Source: a virus. From it: a stretch of 64,000 bases of DNA. A program made the position numbers and the translations under genes. The notes beneath the pieces are model-generated. The model was not told the origin of the DNA, did no database searches, and saw only the letters and a list, made by a program, of their open reading frames with translations. Numbering within the stretch: the first letter of the stretch is position 1; every line of letters starts with the position of its first letter. The stretch lies in IMG/VR virus record IMGVR_UViG_3300031695_000001, one strand, 5' to 3'. Of the stretch, positions 58,299 through 64,000 are shown piece after piece.

Positions 58299-59509
58299 GT
58301 AAAACATTTTGTCCTTTACCGTGGACTCACTTAGCTACACACCCGCACGGCGCTGTTACACTTTGTTGCGAAAGTAACATGACAAATCGTGCAAGTGATT
58401 CACAAAATGCAAATGGTGATTTTCAAACTTTTCAAACTACAGAGTATGATTTGAATAAGATTATGAATAGTGATCTATTTAGAGAAGTACGTATGCAAAT
58501 GCTTAACGGAAAAGAGCCTAGTGTTTGTTCAACGTGTTACAAATACGAAAGTATGGGAAATGAAAGTAAGCGGACAATAGAATTAGAGCGACTTGATTAT
58601 AGTTTAGAAGATGCTATATTAGATACTAACTTTGATGGATATATTGATCACACAAATTTTGAATTTATTGAATTAAGACTTGGTAACCATTGTAACTTAG
58701 CTTGTAGATCCTGCAACCCGTTTAGTAGTACAAAATGGATTAAAGATTGGGAAAAATTACATGGTGAAACTCCAGTTCAACAAAATCTATTTAATTGGCC
58801 CTTGGATGAAAAGTTTTGGGATAGTCTTAAGAAACATTGTAAAAAAATAAAACATTTATATATTAATGGAGGGGAACCTTTACTAATTGACAAGCACAAG
58901 CACTTCTTACAGTTTTTAGTTGATGCTGGTTATGCTAAAAATATAGAATTAACATACAGTACTAATAGTACTATTATTGACGAAGGTTATGTAGACATTT
59001 GGAGACAGTTTAAGTACGTTAACTTTTGGCTTAGTATTGATGACATTCAAGAAAGAAATGAATATCTAAGATACCCATCTAATTGGACTAAAACAATTGA
59101 AGCGTTAACTTGGTTTAGTTCTTTATACAATTACGAAGACCGAGGCGAGCATAGGTTACGTCCTAGGGTAATGCAAACAGTAAGTATAATGAATATCTAT
59201 TATGTAAAAGAGGCGCACGACTTTTTTGAAAAACTTAATCTAACTGTGGATCATAATTTTGTTAATGATCCTAGTTATTATAATGCTGTAAATTTACCAC
59301 CGTATGCAAAACAAAAAGCATTAGACAGGTTAAAAGGCATACCGCCACATATACATAGCAAGTTCCGAAACTTTTTAAATATCGATAATAATACTGATCA
59401 CTTTGCAAAGTTTTTTGTGGTTAATAATAAACTAGACGAAATAAGAAAAGAATCATTTAAAGATATATTCGGAGAATGGTACGAAATATTAAGGAGATCA
59501 AATGGATAA
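58295..59509 (+). CDS. Radical SAM enzyme 4
   Basis: CNLACRSC, GGEP; FCPLPW, LCC, CSTC; likely start is the ATGA overlap at 58295. Confidence 0.9.
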   Translation: MSKTFCPLPWTHLATHPHGAVTLCCESNMTNRASDSQNANGDFQTFQTTEYDLNKIMNSDLFREVRMQMLNGKEPSVCSTCYKYESMGNESKRTIELERLDYSLEDAILDTNFDGYIDHTNFEFIELRLGNHCNLACRSCNPFSSTKWIKDWEKLHGETPVQQNLFNWPLDEKFWDSLKKHCKKIKHLYINGGEPLLIDKHKHFLQFLVDAGYAKNIELTYSTNSTIIDEGYVDIWRQFKYVNFWLSIDDIQERNEYLRYPSNWTKTIEALTWFSSLYNYEDRGEHRLRPRVMQTVSIMNIYYVKEAHDFFEKLNLTVDHNFVNDPSYYNAVNLPPYAKQKALDRLKGIPPHIHSKFRNFLNIDNNTDHFAKFFVVNNKLDEIRKESFKDIFGEWYEILRRSNG

Positions 59510-60689
59510 ATTTTTCTGTGTTGCGCCATTCGTTCATATGTATGCACACCCTGACGGGGCTGTTAAGACTTGTTGTGCAGGTATCGATAACTTTGGTAAC
59601 CTAAAAACTAATTCACTTGAAGAGATTTGGGATAATGATAAGTTTACCCAACTGCGAAAAGATTTTATTGCAGGCGATGTCACTGATCTTGTAAAGAGTA
59701 ATTGTGCAACTTGTGTTAATTTTGAAAAGAGTAAAATACATTCTTTGCGTGAAGGCTTAAATGCAGAGTTTACAGAACATGCTATAATAGAGGAGAAGCC
59801 TGACTTAAATCTCCTCTACATAGATTTCCGATTTAATAACTTTTGTAACTTCAAGTGCAGGGGTTGCTATCATGAGTACAGTAGTTCTATTGCTAATGAA
59901 GATGCTGGCAAATCCGTGCCTATTATCTATGCTGGAAAGACTCTTGAGGATTTATACAACCAAACATTACCGCACTTGAAATACACTAAGAAGATTTATT
60001 TTGCTGGAGGAGAGCCTTTAATACAATGGGAACATTGGAAAATATTAGATAAGTTGTTAGAACAAAACAACACTGATATCTCACTAGTGTACAACACAAA
60101 TTTTAGTACTATGAAATATAAAAATAAAAACGTGATAGATTACTGGAAACAATTCAAAAATATAAAACTACTTCTTAGCATTGACGGGATGGAAAAGGGC
60201 GGTGACTGGTGGAGGCATGGTAACAGCTGGAAAAAGCTACAGAATAACATTGAAACTGTTAAGACTGAATGCCCGCACATTTCTCTAGGAGTTACTTGTA
60301 CTGTAGGCTGGGCTAATCTATACACTGCAATGGATTTAATTGACTATTGCTCGGATACTCATTTAATAAATCCAGAAGACATTAATATAAACGTTTTACA
60401 ATACCCAGTACACTTCTGTGTGCAGACCGTGCCTGACTGGAAGAAACAAGAACTAGAAATACGCATTAAAAAAACCTTTAGTAAATACATTAGTATGGGA
60501 TTTGAAGATGACTCCCTACTAGCCAGAAATTTGATTGCATTAATTGATTTTATGTGGGCAAAAAAAGGGGACACTAAAAAAGTTAAAGGTGGGTGGTCCC
60601 AGATGGTAACAAAAAAAGATATGCTTAGAGGTGAAAATTTCTTTGAAGCATTTCCAGAACATATAAACATGAGAGAGTTAGTTGAATGA
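59502..60689 (+). CDS. Radical SAM enzyme 5
   Basis: CNFKCRGC, GGEP; FCVAPF, TCC, CATC. Confidence 0.9.
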   Translation: MDKFFCVAPFVHMYAHPDGAVKTCCAGIDNFGNLKTNSLEEIWDNDKFTQLRKDFIAGDVTDLVKSNCATCVNFEKSKIHSLREGLNAEFTEHAIIEEKPDLNLLYIDFRFNNFCNFKCRGCYHEYSSSIANEDAGKSVPIIYAGKTLEDLYNQTLPHLKYTKKIYFAGGEPLIQWEHWKILDKLLEQNNTDISLVYNTNFSTMKYKNKNVIDYWKQFKNIKLLLSIDGMEKGGDWWRHGNSWKKLQNNIETVKTECPHISLGVTCTVGWANLYTAMDLIDYCSDTHLINPEDININVLQYPVHFCVQTVPDWKKQELEIRIKKTFSKYISMGFEDDSLLARNLIALIDFMWAKKGDTKKVKGGWSQMVTKKDMLRGENFFEAFPEHINMRELVE

Positions 60690-61969
60690 TTAGTGATAAT
60701 ATTTTTCCAATAAAGACTGCCACTGCCTGTCAATTCAAATGGTCATGGAGTACAATTTTCCTATCGAAGGGTACAACTACAAGTTGTCACCGTTGCAACC
60801 ATTGGGAATTTGATTTAGATACCCTCAAAGACTTCCACAATCTTCCTGGAAAGATCGCTGATAGAGAAAAGATGCTTGACGGTTTGTGGCCAGGGAATGG
60901 ATGTGAGTACTGTAAGAAGATTGAAGATGCTGGTGGTTCCAGTGAACGTACTGCTTGGATCAACAAAAAAGATTTGATACCGCCTGAGATTCTTGCTGGT
61001 GATATGAAAGCAACAAAGGTAACTCCTAGATTGCTAGAAGTTTACTTCACTAACGTATGTAACCAAGCATGTGTCTATTGTACTCCGCAATTCAGTTCTC
61101 AGATTGAAGCAGAATTGAGAAAGCATGGAAAAATACCAGCTAACCCTAGCTACATGAATCATCCTAGTATTGGCGACAACTACCCTCTGTATCTACAGAA
61201 ATTTTGGGAGTGGATGGAAGAACACGGATCAGAACTATATGAGTTCCAGATTCTTGGCGGCGAACCACTGTACCAAAAAGAGTTTGAGCAATGTCTTAAT
61301 TTCTTTGATAAACATCCAAATCCAAATCTCATTATGAGAATCTTTAGTAATCTAAAGCATGATGAAGAGAAGTTTAAAAAGAAGATTCAAAAAGTTAATG
61401 ATCTTATTGCAAACAAAAAGATACGGGAGCTTCATATTGTTGCAAGCCAAGATTGTTGGGGACCTCAAGCAGAATACGCTAGGTACGGAATGAATCTAAA
61501 GAACTGGGAAGCTAATATCAGATATTGCCTGTCACAAGGCATTCCAGTTAATATCCATATGACAATCAGTGCATTGACTATTCCTACCCTAGGAGATTTC
61601 ATAGATAAGATTTACAGTTTACGCAAAGAATACAAAGCAGGATTATGGATTAGTTCAAACACCATTGTTAACCCTGAATGTTTAGACCCGTATATCTTTG
61701 GTGACAAAATTGCATTCTACTTAGAAGATGTTCTTACTAAGCTAACTGACCCAAATGACAAACAGCAGAAAGAATGTTTAGAAGGCATTCTTGCAGGAAT
61801 GAAGTCTAGTAAGGTAAACACAAAACAAGTAAATGACTTTAAAAATTATTTAGATGAGATTGACAAGAGGCGAAAAACCAATTGGCGAATCCTTTATCCT
61901 GTTATTAGTGATATAGCTGAGACAATAACCTTGCCAGTTGAAGAATCAATTCAATGCGTTAATCTTTGA
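60686..61969 (+). CDS. Radical SAM enzyme 6
   Basis: CNQACVYC, GGEP; CQFKW, SCHRC, CEYC. Confidence 0.9.
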   Translation: MISDNIFPIKTATACQFKWSWSTIFLSKGTTTSCHRCNHWEFDLDTLKDFHNLPGKIADREKMLDGLWPGNGCEYCKKIEDAGGSSERTAWINKKDLIPPEILAGDMKATKVTPRLLEVYFTNVCNQACVYCTPQFSSQIEAELRKHGKIPANPSYMNHPSIGDNYPLYLQKFWEWMEEHGSELYEFQILGGEPLYQKEFEQCLNFFDKHPNPNLIMRIFSNLKHDEEKFKKKIQKVNDLIANKKIRELHIVASQDCWGPQAEYARYGMNLKNWEANIRYCLSQGIPVNIHMTISALTIPTLGDFIDKIYSLRKEYKAGLWISSNTIVNPECLDPYIFGDKIAFYLEDVLTKLTDPNDKQQKECLEGILAGMKSSKVNTKQVNDFKNYLDEIDKRRKTNWRILYPVISDIAETITLPVEESIQCVNL

Positions 61970-61987
61970 CAAGAGGAGTAAAACAAC

Positions 61988-63331
61988 TTGTTTAATATTT
62001 TAATTTACAAAAAAGCCCAAGGCGACTTTTCTATTGGCATTCCTTGTCTTAATGACACTAATCAGCCCATCCCCAGGTGGAACGAATACTTAGATAAGTA
62101 TGATCTTTTTAACTTTGTTGCGTTGAAAAAGAAAGTTGGGACAAGAAAGAAAATACCAAATACAAAATATATTGTATTCATTTCATATTATGGCCATTTT
62201 ATAAGTAATACAGACTTTAAACCATTATATGATTGTCAACTTGGCGAATACATTGGTACTACTGATTCTAGACGCAGTGAGTTTTATATGCCTGATCGTG
62301 TTCGCACAGATAGTGAAAACGGTCTAGTTCATTGGGTCATTGATTATAATACAGAATGTAGTCAATTAGACCAAACAGACAACTTCAATCAAATTGATTT
62401 TAATAGAGTGTGCCAACTGCTACATACAGTACCTAATAACATTACACTTATTACAGGTGGCGAAACTGTATCAGAATTAGGTACTGCAACGCTTACATCG
62501 CCAGATAACTTGGGATACAATTGCATTACTGGACACGAATTATATAATTTTATTAATATACGAAAAGGTAACGACAATGACGAAGCACATAATACATATA
62601 GTAGTCAAAAAATAAGAAATATAATAAATGGAGAAAATTTAAAATATAAATCTTTATGTTATAATAGATTACCTAGACCCCATAGAACTATAATAGTGGC
62701 ACACATTATAAAAAATAATTATCATGATGATTGTTTGTATAGTTTGGGTTTATCCCCTAATATGCCCAGATGGTTCACTGACGCTCCGTTTCCGCCTATT
62801 TCAAAGTTTCCAGAACTTTCAAATGAAATGAATCAGCTCCGGACTGGACCTGAAATATATCCGCATATAAGGGAAGGGGATGTAAGCCTAACAGTAAATC
62901 TTGCAGATACAATAGGCTGGGAACACGGATTAACTTCATACTTTCAGCTTGTTACAGAAACTACGCCTACTGCTAATAACATTCCATTTATTACAGAAAA
63001 GTCCATGAAGCCGTTTGCTATGCTACAACCGTTTGTGCAATACGGACCAAAAGACAATATAAAAGTTTTAAGGATGTACGGATATCAAATGTTTGATGAT
63101 TGGATAGATCATAGTTATGATGATGAAGAAGACAACAGTAAACGGCTTCGTATGGTATTAACTGAATTTGACAGACTACAAAAAATACCAAAAGACATAT
63201 GGTCAAAAATGTTACAAGAAATGTTAAGTCAGTTATTACATAATAATAAATTAGTAAAACGACCGCCAATATATGATTTTACTTCTCAGTTAATACCAAT
63301 ACTATCAAAGTTCATAAAGGCACCACAATGA
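61988..63331 (+). CDS. Hypothetical protein with GT-B/GT10-like C-terminus
   Basis: CYNR.PR.HR, LVTET, FITEKS.KP...QPF, GY..F...IDHSYD; TTG start after GAGGAG. Confidence 0.5.
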   Translation: MFNILIYKKAQGDFSIGIPCLNDTNQPIPRWNEYLDKYDLFNFVALKKKVGTRKKIPNTKYIVFISYYGHFISNTDFKPLYDCQLGEYIGTTDSRRSEFYMPDRVRTDSENGLVHWVIDYNTECSQLDQTDNFNQIDFNRVCQLLHTVPNNITLITGGETVSELGTATLTSPDNLGYNCITGHELYNFINIRKGNDNDEAHNTYSSQKIRNIINGENLKYKSLCYNRLPRPHRTIIVAHIIKNNYHDDCLYSLGLSPNMPRWFTDAPFPPISKFPELSNEMNQLRTGPEIYPHIREGDVSLTVNLADTIGWEHGLTSYFQLVTETTPTANNIPFITEKSMKPFAMLQPFVQYGPKDNIKVLRMYGYQMFDDWIDHSYDDEEDNSKRLRMVLTEFDRLQKIPKDIWSKMLQEMLSQLLHNNKLVKRPPIYDFTSQLIPILSKFIKAPQ

Positions 63332-63996
63332 AAAAATTAGTAGTAGCAGGATGTTCAGTTAGTGATTGGACACAGGTTGATAAAGCGTGGGGCGAATATG
63401 TTGCAAAACATCTAGGATTAGAATACATGCACTTAGCGGCAGGATGTGGCTCTAATTATAGAATGTGGCGCCTCTTAACAACACATATACGCAATGGCAC
63501 TATTACTTCTGACGATACTGTATTAGTACAATATACTACATTAGAACGTACTGAATTTTGGTCAGCTCTTATTGATCGCCATTGGCATATACCCAATGTG
63601 CATTTGCGTGATTCTTACACTGAAGGTAGCATAATTAAATTTAAGACAGGCTCGCACGAATGGCATAGTGGCATTGAACGCAAGTTCATGAAAATGTACG
63701 AACGGTTTATCGGTATCGAGTTCGAACATGAAAAGTTTATTAATAATCACATTGCGTTTCAGTGTTTGGCAAAAGAATATAACATACATAATTTATACTT
63801 TGTAAAAGTAGGTAAGTATGGCTATAATGGAGAAGATGTTCATCCAACGATATCTAAATATAAAGATAATTTCTTAAATTACAACGATATATTTGATAAT
63901 AAAAAATGGCATTTAAAAGGTGACCCTTTTCATTTAAGTGCTACGGGTCACACTATATTAGCAGATAGAGTTATTAAAGTAATAGAATCAAAATGA
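63328..63996 (+). CDS. SGNH/GDSL hydrolase-like (possible acyl-esterase/acyltransferase)
   Basis: N-terminal VAGCS, G.GSN, C-terminal D.FHLS..GH. Confidence 0.65.
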   Translation: MKKLVVAGCSVSDWTQVDKAWGEYVAKHLGLEYMHLAAGCGSNYRMWRLLTTHIRNGTITSDDTVLVQYTTLERTEFWSALIDRHWHIPNVHLRDSYTEGSIIKFKTGSHEWHSGIERKFMKMYERFIGIEFEHEKFINNHIAFQCLAKEYNIHNLYFVKVGKYGYNGEDVHPTISKYKDNFLNYNDIFDNKKWHLKGDPFHLSATGHTILADRVIKVIESK

Positions 63997-64000
63997 AAAT

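Noticed and set aside
61966-61996. TTGACA as an internal promoter
   Set aside because: No acceptable -10 at 16-18 nt spacing; overlaps the stop codon and RBS
1-64000. Stop-codon reassignment, tRNA genes, inteins
   Set aside because: Core genes are full length in the standard code and end in TAA, TAG or TGA; no cloverleaf or intein motifs seen by eye (tRNAscan-SE was not run)

Overview
This window is a 64-kb segment of a large, AT-rich, T4-superfamily-like (myovirus-type) dsDNA bacteriophage genome, read with the standard genetic code. The left arm, mostly on the minus strand, carries the head module (major capsid, scaffold/core proteins, prohead protease, portal), a tape-measure-like gene, a divergent gp26-like chaperone, putative internal head proteins, a stand-alone GIY-YIG nuclease, gp46/gp47 and the gp55 late sigma factor. 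The right arm, on the plus strand, carries the baseplate and tail-fibre module, including gp5 with a GH19 domain, a TIGR02594-like amidase, gp25, gp6 and a 4922-aa wedge/adhesin. It ends in a sigma70-driven, translationally coupled operon of glycosyltransferase-like genes, six tandem radical SAM enzymes and an SGNH protein. The strongest unexplained signals are: (1) a ~430-nt, highly paired and apparently pseudoknotted non-coding RNA starting right after the GIY-YIG stop codon; (2) a probable programmed -1 frameshift (T TTT TTC plus a hairpin) that extends the gp26-like chaperone into an ORF missing from the track; (3) the glycosyltransferase plus six radical SAM operon, together with a Maf-like gene inside the head cluster, which suggests a virion or surface glycan-tailoring pathway. 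I saw no tRNA, rRNA, CRISPR array or integrase. All family assignments come from recognising motifs by eye; no database searches were run.
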